A DNA stretch of 63,320 bases, the filler included, from Octopus bimaculoides (lineage: Eukaryota): the NCBI RefSeq assembly GCF_001194135.2. It is 5 parts of 4 records of this genome, joined end to end, with 100 filler letters (N's around TTAATTAATTAA, not from the genome) between each part and the next. Parts side by side here need not be neighbours in the genome. Positions count along the whole stretch, not along the records: positions 1 to 26,418 come from NC_068986.1; 4 more parts are not named here. One strand, 5' to 3'. The position numbers and the translations under genes were made by a program. Under the pieces are notes generated by a model. That model worked only from the letters and a program-made list of their open reading frames with translations. It was not told the origin of the DNA and did not search any database. Shown piece after piece: positions 1 to 14,579 of the stretch. Position 1 is the first letter of the stretch. Each line of letters starts with the position of its first letter.

Positions 1-66
1 ATATATATATATATATATATATAAATATATATAAGAGAGAGAGAGAGGGAGAGAGAGAAAGAGAGG

Positions 67-120
<54 letters not shown>

Positions 121-129
121 AAGAAAGAG
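1..129. repeat. (TA)n/(GA)n microsatellite
   Basis: Direct reading of dinucleotide runs. Confidence 0.95.
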
Positions 130-2519
130 AGGCCAATTAATTTCATATTATGTTTTTTGAATGGGCTGCCTCCCTTTGAATCATTATGATACTGCATATG
201 TACGTTGCCTTTTATGAGTATGAAATTGTTTTGCGTTTTTAAATAAAATGCTACTTTGTTCATACATCTCTTCGGCTAGGTGTTGGATGTTATATCTTTT
301 TTCTGTTTATAATGAGGTTGAATGTAAATTTTCATACGATCATACTCCACGAGTTTAGACACACAGAAACTGTTTGAATTATACATATATTTACACGAAA
401 AGTAAATGATATATTTTCTGTATAATTAGGTTCGAAAATCTGATTATTAATTTTCTTAAAAATAAAGAAACAATGTCTACAACATTTTGTGTATTATCAG
501 AAAAAATATTTTATTTGAATTAATATTGTAAATACTAAAATATATAAATATAACAAATTTATATCAATTTAATTTATAGGTTCACGTTATTTTATCTGAT
601 GTAAACAATTGGGTGGTACAGAATCGAAATAAATTAGGTTAGTGGGGGGGGGGGATTATTTTTGAAAATATATAATCTTTCTTGTTCTTGTCTTCTCCAA
701 AACGTATAATTTTAGAAAATATATAATTCTTTCTGTTTTAGTATTTCATTATTGTATGGTTGTTTGTATGTTACACATACCAGTTTGCATATTTTTTATA
801 TATCATTAGTTTCTTTTAGCATGTTTCTATCTTAAGGTAAAATTGCAACAAAAGAAAATATGAAAGAGAAGTATGCGTTTAGGTGTCTACTTGTTTCAGT
901 TTCCGTATATACGTCCTTACCGGGAAAACATCCTGAGGAATTGTAGTTGACCATAATTATCTTAGGATTTGCTTTTATATTTGATATATATTTTAGTGTT
1001 TATTTGTTTATCTGACGCATCTAAGTTACAGGATATAAATACAGAAATCATATGTATATTATATAACACCAAACTATTAAAGGAAAGAGACATACTGGCA
1101 GGCGCTTTATAACAGACTCGCACAAATGCTTATATGCTTAATATATGTGTATGTCAATATTTATGCGAGTAAACATGTAAAGTTGAAGATATGAGACAGT
1201 AATCCACAACTTGACATATCCGTTCCTATGTCTCTAGATTTTTGGGAAACAACTGAGTCGTCAACACTGTAGTTAAACGTGCTATCAGGTTTAATATACA
1301 TTTTCCTCTGCTGCATGGACTACAGAAAGTTGCAGTAAAATATTTGTTTCCCGTATTCATGCCTTCCTGACAAGGATCTAAATCAGAACAACTTCGTGGG
1401 AAAACAGCACAACTGCCTTACTGTTCGAGTATGTGACTTCTATCTTTCTTGTTATATCTTTTTTTCTCCTGTATACACTGACATACGCACGTACACCAGT
1501 TTCACGTACTGGTAGGTTCCACATTATAGCAGAAGACTCATAATAAATATGCCTCATATTGGGAACTATCCAAAGATCACATAACTGAAGTCTGAATTAT
1601 TTATATTGATGTCAAAACCTCAAACTCCTCTTTATTCTAAGAATAAACAAACAACTGTCGTCCGGAGTCGATATATTGCAAAGGATTTCAGATGTGAATT
1701 CCACACTCAGCTTCGACTTAAACATACACAATGTTCTTTATTATTAATGTAATTATACACGAATTCAAAAAAAAAAAAAAGAAAAGCGCTTGGCAACAAC
1801 TGATAATTATTTCATATTCAATGTACCTGAAGATATCACGGGTAGCAATTTCTAGTCTGTACCCTTTAAATTTAGTTTAGTTTTACAACTGCTGCACTTT
1901 ACATGCAGTTATTGCATAACGTCGTGGCTATCTATTCGGTAACGTTCATAATATTTATGCACCAAAAGGTGAAATAACTGAATAGACCATAAGTTATTTC
2001 TTCTTTTAGTCGAAATGATATTAGAAGCAATTAATATTTACCTATAATATAGTTTAATCGGCTTAAATCGTTGTATTTTTATATATTTCCCAAGCATCTT
2101 AAAAGAATATATCATAAAACACATGGAAATGTGCCAAAGGCTTTCTATGGTAATAACTGAGATAAATTTGGGTTTGTTCATTGATTCTCTAATCGCACTT
2201 TGCATCATTCAAGAGAGAGACAGAGAGAGGCAGAGAAAGTAAAATAGAATATAGTGATAGGTAGCAAAAGAGGTGGAGGTTAAGTGCACGTAATGGGTTT
2301 GATGGTACTTAATGAACAAATGAAGACTACACACAAACAATGAGATAAAAAGAATCATGGCGTAAACATATGTAAAGAGGGAGATGTTATGGAGGAATCG
2401 TAGAAATGATAGACTTGATTTGGTAATTAACATACTTCTTTTGAAAATTAAACTTTTGTTATATTATTTTCGATAAGCACAATGGAATTTATTATTTAGC
2501 TTTTACATATTTCCGCCAT

Positions 2520-2880
2520 TGGGCAGCGGCTGTGCTGGGGCAACACGGTGAAGGATTTAGTCGAAGAGATCAACTCCCGTTCATACTATTAAATCTGGTA
2601 CTTATTCTATCGGTTTCTTTTGCTAAATATCTAAGTTACGAGGACATAAACAAATCAACACCAGTTGTCAAGCGGGCCTGAGAACAAAAACATAATACGC
2701 ACACATTGATATATGTATATACGACAAGCTCCTCTCAGTTTCCCTCAATCAAATTCACTCAAAAAGCTTTAGTTGGTCCGGGGTTGTAAAAGAAGACACT
2801 TGCCCAATATTTCACGCAGTAGGACTGAACCCAGAAATATTTATTTGGGAGACAACGTTCTTACCGTATAGCTGTGCTTA
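2520..2880 (-). mobile_element. tRNA-derived SINE family A (octopus OR/OK-like), diverged copy
   Basis: Matches other copies in the window (gaagacacttgcccaa, cgcagtaggactgaaccc, ctaagttacgaggacataaac); tRNA-like head at the right end on the minus strand. Confidence 0.75.
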
Positions 2881-3546
2881 TTAAAAATATTTTTTTTAAA
2901 TATTACCTTATGCCATATTAACTTCTATGACACCCGGTAGCAAAAGTATACTTGTTTGACGGGCAAACCACTTGTATAAATTATATATCTGGAAAACTGA
3001 GCGAAAATTTTTTATATCAATTGATTAAACCTAATGGTTTTTCGGAGATTATTTTGTCGCAAATCGGGCGATGTATCCTGATCACCAGAACTCATACAAA
3101 AGAAAATCGAAGACGTAACAAGTTTAGGGAGAAAATAGTGGTGCCAGAACAAATTTAGTAGTCAACGGAATGAAACAAATGTTAAAAGACTTATTACCGT
3201 CGAGACTTGCAATCAAACTTACGACATTCAAACGGTCAACTAATTTCATTTACAATTATATAGTAATATATTTTTACGACATATATATTCTATATTATCG
3301 TTTTTTTTCTTAGAAATTAGTTCATATAAAGGTCAAATTTGGAAGAGGACTACACTGCATGATATACCTCAGCAATCTCTTCTAGGGTAATCAAGGGAGA
3401 TCACACCAGATATTGGCACCAATTTTAGTTGTCATACATTTTCTACAGTAAGGGAAGCATAAGAGTAACACAAGAAGATTTAAATATATGTTAGGATTTA
3501 TGATATACGTTAACGTAATTACCTATGTATGTCTATATGCGTGCGA

Positions 3547-3589
<43 letters not shown>

Positions 3590-5193
3590 TGTGTGTGTGT
3601 GTGTGTGTCTGCGCGCGCAAATGTGTGTACATATCTGTGTAGCGTATGTTTTTGACATTGATTGCATTTCTTTGTAAGAAAATCTGTATCTGAGCATATA
3701 GGTGAACGATATGTAGGTCATAATTTTTCATGTGTCCTTCACTTAATCTGCATTGCTGATTATGTCAAACTGTTCTCATGTAGGTACCATATGCCATTCA
3801 TGTGTGGAGAATTCATCACCTTTCATATTTAAAATAAACGCCCGACATTTTAGTAAATTGGACATCTGCAAACAAATCAACTGAAACTTAGGTATATAGA
3901 ACATATAAAGAAATCGCATAGCGTATAATTAATTCAAAATATGTCAATATACATTAAAGACATACTAAGAGTAAATTGATCTAAAGTGATAGCAGCTACA
4001 TATTTCTTTTGCTGTATCGTCTATAAATAGCAGTTTAAGTTTAATCATCACAAAATTACAAGTTTCGGTTTACGAATATGTAGCACATGTATTTTGTAGT
4101 GTTGAATTTACATTTTTAATAAAACCTTAAAGGATCAACGCAGAAACAACTTAAGATTGAAAAAAGAAATCTAATGAATCACTGCTGACCTAGGTCTTAA
4201 CAGCTACAATACCTGTATTGTGAGTGGTATAATTTTTAAGTCGTGTAACCAGTTAAATTGGGAATGTAACAATTTATAAAGCTTACAACTATTAAAGTAT
4301 TAGTCAATTATGCTTATTTGAATACAGGCTGAATTATTTCTTTCTTACGCTGTCCTCATTCACCACCTATACTCTCAATAAAACAACTTCAAAGCCACAG
4401 GTAAAGCATTGATTAAAATCTCCATGCATTTATTTCAATGTGACCCATTTCTTTATAAATTTGTTGAGCGAGCCAACAAAAGATTTATTTAGAAATGTTG
4501 TATCGTAAGTTCATCATACTACTAACGTTTGCACAGAATTTCGAAATGCTATGCATGCGTAAAAGTTTATTTATTGTATTTTGATTTTCAATTAATTAAT
4601 GTAATTTATAATTGAATCTCGTTTTGATTATATTTAAAATAATGTTTTGCAAGTTTAAAAAAAACCCTGTGTATCCTAAATAAACTCGTGATATATTTTC
4701 GTAATATATACAATTTAGAGTTTTTTTTCTATTTTTATTGTGTTAAGAACACATTGGCTTCATGTTTGTTAAAAATGTATATTTGCTGTTCTGTTGTCCG
4801 AGGTTAGTCATAATCAAGCGGACATCTTCATTCCTGAGGCTTTCCACACGTGACCAGCAGGCCCGTTCATAGTTATTAACTAATATACTTTTCACATTGA
4901 AAGAAACATTAGTTAAATTTAAGCAAGTACTCTGCTCTTAGTTGCAAGTTGATTTTCGCAATAGATGCTACAAATATTTCGCCTTAAAAGGTACGATTGA
5001 TTGCTCAAATCCAATTTTAGACTTGACAACTACGATAGAACGTCAACACAAAACTGATGCAAACAGTATTGCATGAATAAAATTGAATTTAAATCTCGAA
5101 CATGTCCCGTTGATTGCATTAGCTATTTGCTCGTATTCTGTTCTACGATCGTATAACTGTCAAGACGCAGAGTTAAACTGTAAAAGCTCTTGA

Positions 5194-5417
5194 TTAATCC
5201 TTCAGCGTTCACATAATTCTGTCAAAAGAAATGCATTTTTATTCATGTTTGTATCAATCTTGCTTTATCTTGAAGCTTTGAAATTTTGATGAGGTGACTG
5301 TTAATTAACAAAATGATATTGTAGGGTTGATGTGGGAAGCGAAATCTGGTCAGTCTCAGCATAAAACAAGTGGACTATATGGACTTAATTTGGCCTCTTT
5401 AAATGCTAAAGTGTTAA
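5194..5417 (+). mobile_element. TTAA-flanked (piggyBac-type) MITE, ~225 bp
   Basis: TTAA at both ends with ttaatccttcagc / gctaaagtgttaa termini; homologous to copies at 54.08, 54.74 and 55.07 kb. Confidence 0.7.
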
Positions 5418-6271
5418 CAGAATAAGAAAGGTTGTCATTTCCACAAATTGTTGCTGCAGATATTTCATATTTAATCACTGATCCCTACAAGCAAGTGTAG
5501 CTATGACATTCATGTTGCGACCATGGTATATACTATTCAGACAGTTTATGTAGAATCACGAAACTTTTTTCTTCTTTAGACTCCCATTGCAGTGATGCCA
5601 TTTTCATATATTATCAGGGCTAACAAACATACTCTCGCAGAACAGCTAGTTTTGATGTATTATACATACAGTATTCTACCACATAACATTTCCTACCCAT
5701 TATCTAGTTTATTTTTATTGCATACATTTTATTTTATAATTAACTTTTATTTTCCAAGAATGAATGCTGTACTATTCCGTAAAAAACAGTACAAAATAAT
5801 AATATCAACATGTTGAACCTTATGGTTTTTGTGAGATTATTCTGTTGCAAATCGGATCATGTATTTCGAGTATCAGACTTGATACTGAGGGACATGGAGG
5901 ATGTAACAACTGGAGGGAGAGACAGTGGGAGCCAGAGAAGTTTAGTAATCAACTGAATGGTACTGTTGTTTAAAGACAAAAGATACCGCTGAATCTAGCA
6001 AACAAAATGTCGACCTCCTTACGCGGACGGCAAGAGAAGAGATACTTGCAGCAAACTGTAATATTTAAATACGAACACAGCACTAGTGTTGGGCAGAGTG
6101 AGGACGCTTAGCTATTATCGGAATTGCGTTGTTTGCTCAGTACAAGTATATAATGCGATCCTTATCATAGGAAAATGAAGCACACAGGGGTAAAGTGCGA
6201 GAGCGCAGATTGTAAAGATATTTTGGATTTAAAATACATATAAATAATTAAAAATATTCAAGCATCATATA

Positions 6272-6316
<45 letters not shown>

Positions 6317-6327
6317 TCACACACACA

Positions 6328-6800
6328 TAGGTCATCCCATAAATAATGCGGTTGTTTCAATTGCTTGAACTAAACGCCGGAGCTGGACGGGATAAACTAC
6401 CTGCATAAACTTGCTATGAAAGCAGGTAGTAATTTCCCCTTGTCCTAATTCTTAGTGTAAGTTTCGAAGAGAGCGGTTCGATTTGAAAATTTATATTTTC
6501 ATAGCTATAATGGAAGTGACGAAGGAGCATATTCGGCATATTTTGCTTTATGAGTTTAATAAAGATACAAACACAACTGAATGAGCGAGGAATATTAATA
6601 CAGTATATGCGGATCGTACAATAAGTGTCAGCCAATGTCAAAGATGATTCTAGAAATCGGAGCCGGAAACTACTGCCTAAAAACTAGCGTTGTCCTGGAA
6701 GATCTACAGAGCTCGACGAGGACGTCCTGCAAACCCTGGTGGAAAAGAATTCCACGTAACTGTTGAGAAACTGGCAGACAAGCATGGATTTGGTCATTTG
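6328..6800 (+). mobile_element. mariner transposon 5' fragment (TIR plus degenerate transposase N-terminus)
   Basis: TA then ggtcatcccataaataatgcgg terminus; from ATG at 6510 reads MEVTKEHIRHILLYEFNK...ARNINTVYADRTISVSQCQR...PGRSTELDEDVLQTLVEKN with stops and frameshifts, a mariner HTH region; the rest is lost near the N gap. Confidence 0.85.
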
Positions 6801-6837
6801 CATATAGATACATACATACATTAGATATATGTATGTG

Positions 6838-6876
<39 letters not shown>

Positions 6877-7770
6877 NNNNNNNNNNNNNNNNNNNNNNNN
6901 NNNNNNNNNNNNNNNNNNNNNNNNNNNNNNNNNNNNNNNNNNNNNNNNNNNNNNNNNNNNNNNNNNNNNNNNNNNNNNNNNNNNNNNNNNNNNNNNNNNN
7001 NNNNNNNNNNNNNNNNNNNNNNNNNNNNNNNNNNNNNNNNNNNNNNNNNNNNNNNNNNNNNNNNNNNNNNNNNNNNNNNNNNNNNNNNNNNNNNNNNNNN
7101 NNNNNNNNNNNNNNNNNNNNNNNNNNNNNNNNNNNNNNNNNNNNNNNNNNNNNNNNNNNNNNNNNNNNNNNNNNNNNNNNNNNNNNNNNNNNNNNNNNNN
7201 NNNNNNNNNNNNNNNNNNNNNNNNNNNNNNNNNNNNNNNNNNNNNNNNNNNNNNNNNNNNNNNNNNNNNNNNNNNNNNNNNNNNNNNNNNNNNNNNNNNN
7301 NNNNNNNNNNNNNNNNNNNNNNNNNNNNNNNNNNNNNNNNNNNNNNNNNNNNNNNNNNNNNNNNNNNNNNNNNNNNNNNNNNNNNNNNNNNNNNNNNNNN
7401 NNNNNNNNNNNNNNNNNNNNNNNNNNNNNNNNNNNNNNNNNNNNNNNNNNNNNNNNNNNNNNNNNNNNNNNNNNNNNNNNNNNNNNNNNNNNNNNNNNNN
7501 NNNNNNNNNNNNNNNNNNNNNNNNNNNNNNNNNNNNNNNNNNNNNNNNNNNNNNNNNNNNNNNNNNNNNNNNNNNNNNNNNNNNNNNNNNNNNNNNNNNN
7601 NNNNNNNNNNNNNNNNNNNNNNNNNNNNNNNNNNNNNNNNNNNNNNNNNNNNNNNNNNNNNNNNNNNNNNNNNNNNNNNNNNNNNNNNNNNNNNNNNNNN
7701 NNNNNNNNNNNNNNNGAGGTTTTTTCACGCTGACTACTTGATAAATTCATATGAAGAATTTATCCCATAT

Positions 7771-7811
<41 letters not shown>

Positions 7812-7829
7812 TATATATTCGTTGTGTAC

Positions 7830-8091
7830 ATAGAGCAATGACTGATGCATCTGGATACTTCTTCAGTGATGTGCGTGGTGTTTCGAGTCTTTCAATATCA
7901 TACAACTCCCTCCAGGTGACCAAGTTGGGGCTGACCAGACCCACCTTGTGTCCAGGTGGCCAACTAGTTACGCCAGGGCTGTTCTCTTTTGATCCGCAGC
8001 CAGCTTTAGGCCCTATCTGCCGCATCATTGGTACAGCGGATGGCCTTACACCTTCTCACTCCCTCGATGCCCAAACTACTGCAGGTTCTGG
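7830..8091 (-). mobile_element. 3' end of a HERO-like (R2-group, RLE-type) non-LTR retrotransposon
   Basis: Minus strand reads SLGIEGVRRCKAIRCTNDAADRA*SWLRIKREQPW (cf. LGIxGxxRRxAIxxTTEAAERASRWLWLKR), followed by a 3' UTR with ggacacaag...gaaagactcgaaacacc...acatcactgaaga; clade assignment from memory. Confidence 0.65.
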
Positions 8092-8356
8092 TTATATTTA
8101 GCTATGAATGTATATACATTATATACATATAGTATATATACTAAATATGTATGTATATACAGCAGATATATACACTTATAATTTTCTCTCTCTCTATATA
8201 TATATATATATACATATGTAAATATGTATGTGTGTGAGTGTATATATATATAATCGTTTACGAACTTTTCCGGACGATGCGCAACAGAATACTAAGAAAC
8301 GAGTGAAGGACGAATACATAGTGCGTGTGTTTATTTAAAAAAACATGATCATCCCG

Positions 8357-8520
<164 letters not shown>

Positions 8521-9000
8521 ACATGCATGCATACATAGAGAGGTAGAGAGATGCATGTGTGTGTGTGTGTGATCCTTTTCTATAGCGGAAAAATGAAGAT
8601 CCCATAAAATATTCTTTAATGACGTGGATGTTACAAGTTTATTTATAAGCACACGCATACAGACGCACACATATGTAGATATATAAACATATATGCACAT
8701 TTGCGCGTGCGCGTTCACACACATCTATATGATACATGTTGCAATCTTGTTCTCTATAAAATATTATTTTAGAGTGAAATAGTGGATTTATTATTTTCCT
8801 TTCATCTAGAAATTCATAACTATAAATTGAGGAAGAATTTTACTTCAATCTTTGAACTTATAGATGTCAATTAGTATCACTGACTTTCTTTATGCATCTC
8901 ATATCCATAGATATACGAATATACCGTAATTAGCATCACCAATTATTAGAAATACAAAAATATATTTTGTTCGGAAAATTTGTTACCATATATTGTTTTA

Positions 9001-9042
<42 letters not shown>

Positions 9043-10378
9043 TTGTACAATAGTAACGATACATACACACTCATAGTTACAGATATGAAGGATTCTAGCG
9101 ATGTAAAGGTTTTCTAACATCCCAGTAACATTTAGTGACGATCATAATTCTCCTTTTTGGCGACACATTGCAAAATGTTGTTGATATCACTTTTAAGTAT
9201 ATTCATTAAAAGATTTCTATGATTAAATCATATATACTAACAGAGAAACAAGTCTTGAAAGAGTCGAAGTTCCAGCAAATCTCTGCTTCAGAAGGCAAAC
9301 GGAAATTGCTGAAACTGACGTTAGTATAAGGAATTCTTGATCGGCGCTTTTCAGATGATTAAGTCCTTTGTTAGCGATTTTGGCTTTTATTTCTAGCAAT
9401 GTATGCGCTTTCTAATACCATAGTCCCATTTAGTGACAATTATCATTCTCCTATATATATATATATATATATACCTCGCTTCATTTTTTTGTTTTTCTGC
9501 AAATTTCGACTATATATATACCGTTATATTTTGGAATCGTCATTTTCCTAGTAAAAACACGCACTATATATTTTTTCTTCAATGCTATTAATAGTTTATT
9601 TGTCTACGTTCTTTCGTCACACATCCTGTGTACTCTTCAACGATTATATATTCCTAATATCTCCTCTCTTCTCTGGTCTTATCCTAGAATAAACCCGAAA
9701 GAATAGGAGATACTTCATACTCATCTTGTTTGTTCCTACAATTCATGTTTTGTAACTATGCTTCTATACATGTTCATCTAAATCCTCCTGGAACGTACAG
9801 ACTCATTATAAAACATTTCCAGTGGAAAACCATATAATTCTGTGTATGTGTGTGTTCTAGAATGATCATTTCCAAGCTGACTTATCCGACATGAGAAGAG
9901 TTCGTGGTTTCCTAATTGTAGCAAGGAAAGCGACTACGCAGAAGTTTCTTCGTTAGCTCTTTCCTAGATGTGATACAAATTTTAACCTTGAAACAGAAGG
10001 AATATTATATCACACTTAACAGAAAAGCTGGTTGTTCTGAACTACTGGAAGAGAATATGAAATTAAGCCACTCGTAAAAGGGCGTTAGAAATATCTATGA
10101 ATTATTCCAATTAGTGAAGCACATTCGAGATGGAAAAAAAAAACGTATGCAGTTAATGAACACGTTGATCATGTATTGAATCATCACACGTATTTCCAAT
10201 AATTCCATCAGAGATGATTGTACACGCTGAGGGAAATTAGCCTTTACCATACATCACGGATTACGTAAAACTTATCAAATTATTTATGATATCAATTTTT
10301 CCTGTAGCTTAATTAGGAATCAATATTATTATTGTTCCTTATTGAAGTCGACTGTCGTGGCTTTCTAGTTATGTGTGT

Positions 10379-10415
<37 letters not shown>

Positions 10416-10804
10416 CTTTCCTGCAGAAGACTGGTGTTCGAAACACAAACAACTAAAGAAATGACAGGACAAAGAACAGGAGCATGACACTGAAATCCAC
10501 TCAAGAATTCTGTTTTTCACACGTGACTTCACATGGAACCCTCCTACATTTCAGTCTTCACTACCTTACTAAAGTATAGTGTACAGGCTAAAGAGGAGAA
10601 TGTCGGTCAGCCTGAGATAACTGCTCCAATGGTAATACAGATCTCCGACATTACAATCGGTTTAATCACTAAGAGCTAAAGATTTTGCAATATCTTTGAA
10701 CAGCACCTGCAGATTTTCTCTGGGTTAAAAAGTTTTTGTGGCTTATTTTGGTTTCTAAATAAAATTCCCGTTCATTAGCAATATTACATTCAACATTTTG
10801 CAAG

Positions 10805-10915
10805 TCCTCGGTGATTTCTGGAGAGTGGGTAAGTCGATTACAGAGATTTCAATGATCAACTTGTAATTATTTTATCGATCTCGAAAGCGATGAACGACAA
10901 AGTCGACCTCAGAAA
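10805..10915 (-). mobile_element. SINE family B fragment
   Basis: gtcgattac...ttatcgatctcgaaagcgatgaacgacaaagtcgacctc matches the family B core. Confidence 0.6.
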
Positions 10916-11278
10916 CTACTCACTAGATGTATGATAATAATTACATTTTTTCCCAATATTTTTTATCTTGTCCTTACATTAGCAACAATTACCACTAAAA
11001 CCANNNNNNNNNNNNNNNNNNNNNNNNNNNNNNNNNNNNNNNNNNNNNNNNNNNNNNNNNNNNNNNNNNNNNNNNNNNNNNNNNNNNNNNNNNNNNNNNN
11101 NNNNNNNNNNNNNNNNNNNNNNNNNNNNNNNNNNNNNNNNNNNNNNNNNNNNNNNNNNNNNNNNNNNNNNNNNNNNNNNNNNNNNNNNNNNNNNNNNNNN
11201 NNNNNNNNNNNNNNNNNNNNNNNNNNNNNNNNNNNNNNNNNNNNNNNNNNNNNNNNNNNNNNNNNNNNNNNNNNNNNN

Positions 11279-11333
<55 letters not shown>

Positions 11334-11891
11334 GGGGGGGTGTGGGGGTGTGTGTGTGTGTAGGTGTGTGTGTGTATGTGTGTGTGTGTGTTATACTGTT
11401 CTTTATTTTCACTGGTACAATGACAATCCGGTCGGTGTTTCTGTCGTAAATGAGTCTCAGGACTTAAGAAAATAAACGCATCACGACAAATTAGGTAAGA
11501 AGACAATGCTGTGAGCTAATAATGTAAGTACAAAGTGCACACAAAAGGAACAGTGAGAAGTAAATAGAAATCTTTGCCTCTCCAGCAGAAATTCTATTTT
11601 ATCAACGAAGGAGTTTGTCAAACACAAAAGAATTGTTCTACTCAGATATTCTTTCCCAAAGGCAGATATGATGTCAATGGAAATAGAACGGGAAAATAAA
11701 ACATTTTTGCCTGAAGAGTCAAATTGTCAGTCTATATTTTCTCTTATACGTGTTCTTTTAGACTCTGGATGTGTTGCTTCTATAAAAATATTATTTTGAA
11801 TACAGCTCACAACGAGCACTACATCTTCCTATCTGTATATTAATGGGAGTTATTGTTAACATTAACAACCTCTAAAATAAACTATATATTC

Positions 11892-11927
<36 letters not shown>

Positions 11928-13010
11928 TATGTATGTACGTATAGATAGAGATAGATAGATAGATATCTAACCAAACATACTCGGGTTTTGATCCATATTA
12001 TTATCTAGATGTTGCGTTGTCTCTTTACTTGTGTTGAAAGAGAAAACGGAGTTGACTATTTTCTATTCTACTCAGCGAAACACAAATTACTTGTACATGT
12101 TTTTCCGTAACAACTCTTTTGATCTGTGTCCCGTGACCGTGAACACACTGGATGATCTTGTAAGTTTCTGGCTAACCATCAATCCTCACGAGTTATCGAG
12201 AATGTTCATAAGTCATGCTCGACAGCAGATTCAACAATTAGGTGTTTGGACGTATAATTATGCGTGCACTAATACACACACACACACAGAGATTACTTTC
12301 TGCATAACATTTTCTCATTACTTATTGGGTAGTTTAATGCTTCAAGGGGAAAACATCAGTGACTAAATACAAAACTCACAACATCCGAGCGCTGGTACAC
12401 ATCTATTTATACAGGCACAAATGGGTTTCGTCAAACATGCATATTCGTATACCTAAATATTAAAAAAATTTCATAACTAGTTTATAATTATATTAGGACA
12501 CACGTGTGAAACTCAAAGTCGAAAACTCCTCTAACAGAACCACCAATCGCTGGAAAAATAACAAGCGTAGGTATATAGTTAGACCTGCTGAGGTAAACTC
12601 TCAAATTTGATATCAATTAATCCCTATTTCCTCATCTTACAGCTTTATGCTACAATGGTAAGTTAAATTTTTTGCTTGTAGCCCGATTCCTGCTGTGCTT
12701 GATTTTTTTTTTCTTCCAGTGATTGGTGAATTTCTGAGAGAATATTGCGACTCTGATTTTCACAACAATGCTGGCATGGCATTACAGAACTTTGGGTTTG
12801 CCGTTTATCGGCTTTTGCTTGTGAGCCACGTATATCATTGTTGTTATAATTCATTTTACTAATGATAATAATTAATAATATCTGTATAAATATTTTCGAA
12901 TATTCGTTCATTTAGTAAATATTTGCAAATATGTGCATCAACATTATCAGCATATACACTTTTTCAAAGGAGTTAAAATGTATGGATTTATATGCATGGC
13001 ATGTGAAAGC

Positions 13011-13013
<3 letters not shown>

Positions 13014-13092
<79 letters not shown>
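13014..13092. repeat. (GT)n microsatellite
   Basis: Direct reading. Confidence 0.95.
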
Positions 13093-13095
<3 letters not shown>

Positions 13096-14143
13096 GCTTC
13101 AATGCAACAGCACGCATGTGTTTAGGATAACTATCAATTATATAACTCGTGTATATAATCTCTTTCCATAAACCACCGTTTTTTTCAATTCGTCTTTATA
13201 CTTGATCGATGGCTCTACATCACATACAATTATAAACACCAATTGTTATCACAGCTTAGGTGAATATCTTGAGAGATGAGAGATTCAACTTCGTATTCAG
13301 ATATTCTTTTATATTGTCGAATGATATTACAGAGGATGGCATTAACTTACTGCCGGGAATTCTAAAGAGGTTTCTGTTAAGAATTCACAGTAAGCAGTAA
13401 CTGAATAATAACAGAAAGACTTATTTTATTTATTTTTGGATACAAACTTGTAAAGCCATAAAACATGAGGATATGTTTTGATATTCAGCACTTCCGGAAT
13501 ATCAATAGCAATAACAGTTTAACAGAATATGTTAAACAAATCCCGACATTACACAAGTGAAGTCAAAATTCATTTTTTTTTGTCAATACAATATTTGACA
13601 GCTTAGATATGTTGCTTTTCGCCCTAGGCTTGATTTCATCTAGCTAGTTTGGAATCAAAGACAGTGGAGATGTGAATATCGTTTTTCATCACTGCTAGTT
13701 TAAGTGTATCTCGAAGCACGTTATTTAATGTGTCATACAATTTATCCTTCTCTCTTTTTAAGAGAACTTGATTTCAAGTACGGTGACTTATTACATCTCA
13801 AATATCGATCAACAAAGTAAAGGATTCTTTGTTCATTGATTTCCTGCATAGTGATAGTGGTCAGAAAATTAAGATTGTGTGATGTTTATGGTTTCCAGGC
13901 ATCAATAAGTACGTAAGTGAATTGCAATATAAGTTCACCTAAATACAAACCGATCATGTGCGGTTTTTATTGAACTATATGTACCTTGTAAACGAAACTC
14001 ACTCGTTACGTAGTAAGCACTGAGATATAAAAGTGGTAGTAAACTGGCCGCTCACATTAGATTATTCTTCATACACTTTTCCAGACGCCAAGGTCTACAC
14101 TTTCTCCCAAAACTGTAAAACTTACGAGTAAATGATTTCTGCA

Positions 14144-14386
14144 GTGCTATATTCAAGAGATGAGGACTTTTGTACATTATTTACATTTGACGGATATTTG
14201 TACTCATATTATTTGTTGTGAACACGTTTCGGCTGACATACCCTCCAGCATTCATCAGGTGTCTTGGGGAAATTTCGAACCTGGGTTCTCATTCCTAAGG
14301 TATTTTTCGGTATCATCATCATCATCATCATCAATATTATTATTCAGGTAACCGCTTGGAATCGAACTCAGATATTAATAATGATG

Positions 14387-14431
<45 letters not shown>

Positions 14432-14579
14432 TAGCAAAATACCTTAGGAATGAGAACCCTGGTTCAAAATTTCCCCAAGACACCTGATGAAAACTGGAGG
14501 GTATATAAGACGAAACTAACGTTGTGTGAACAACAAAAAAGAGGAGGAAAAATATCCGTCAAATGTAAATAATGTAAAT
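14144..14579. mobile_element. Foldback element family 1 (Penelope-like, hammerhead-bearing), decayed copy
   Basis: Inverted arms ~14144-14307 and ~14436-14579; each arm has a degenerate gacac-CTGATGA...GAAAC motif; a B-box (gagttcgattcc) lies on the minus strand at 14358-14369. Confidence 0.8.

Noticed and set aside
6670-7773. Long ORFs in the track spanning N runs (also 10.9-11.5, 18.7-19.3, 21.9-22.6, 29.7-30.7, 47.2-48.1, 57.3-58.2 and 61.8-62.5 kb)
   Set aside because: They are open only because N codons translate as X; the flanks are microsatellites.
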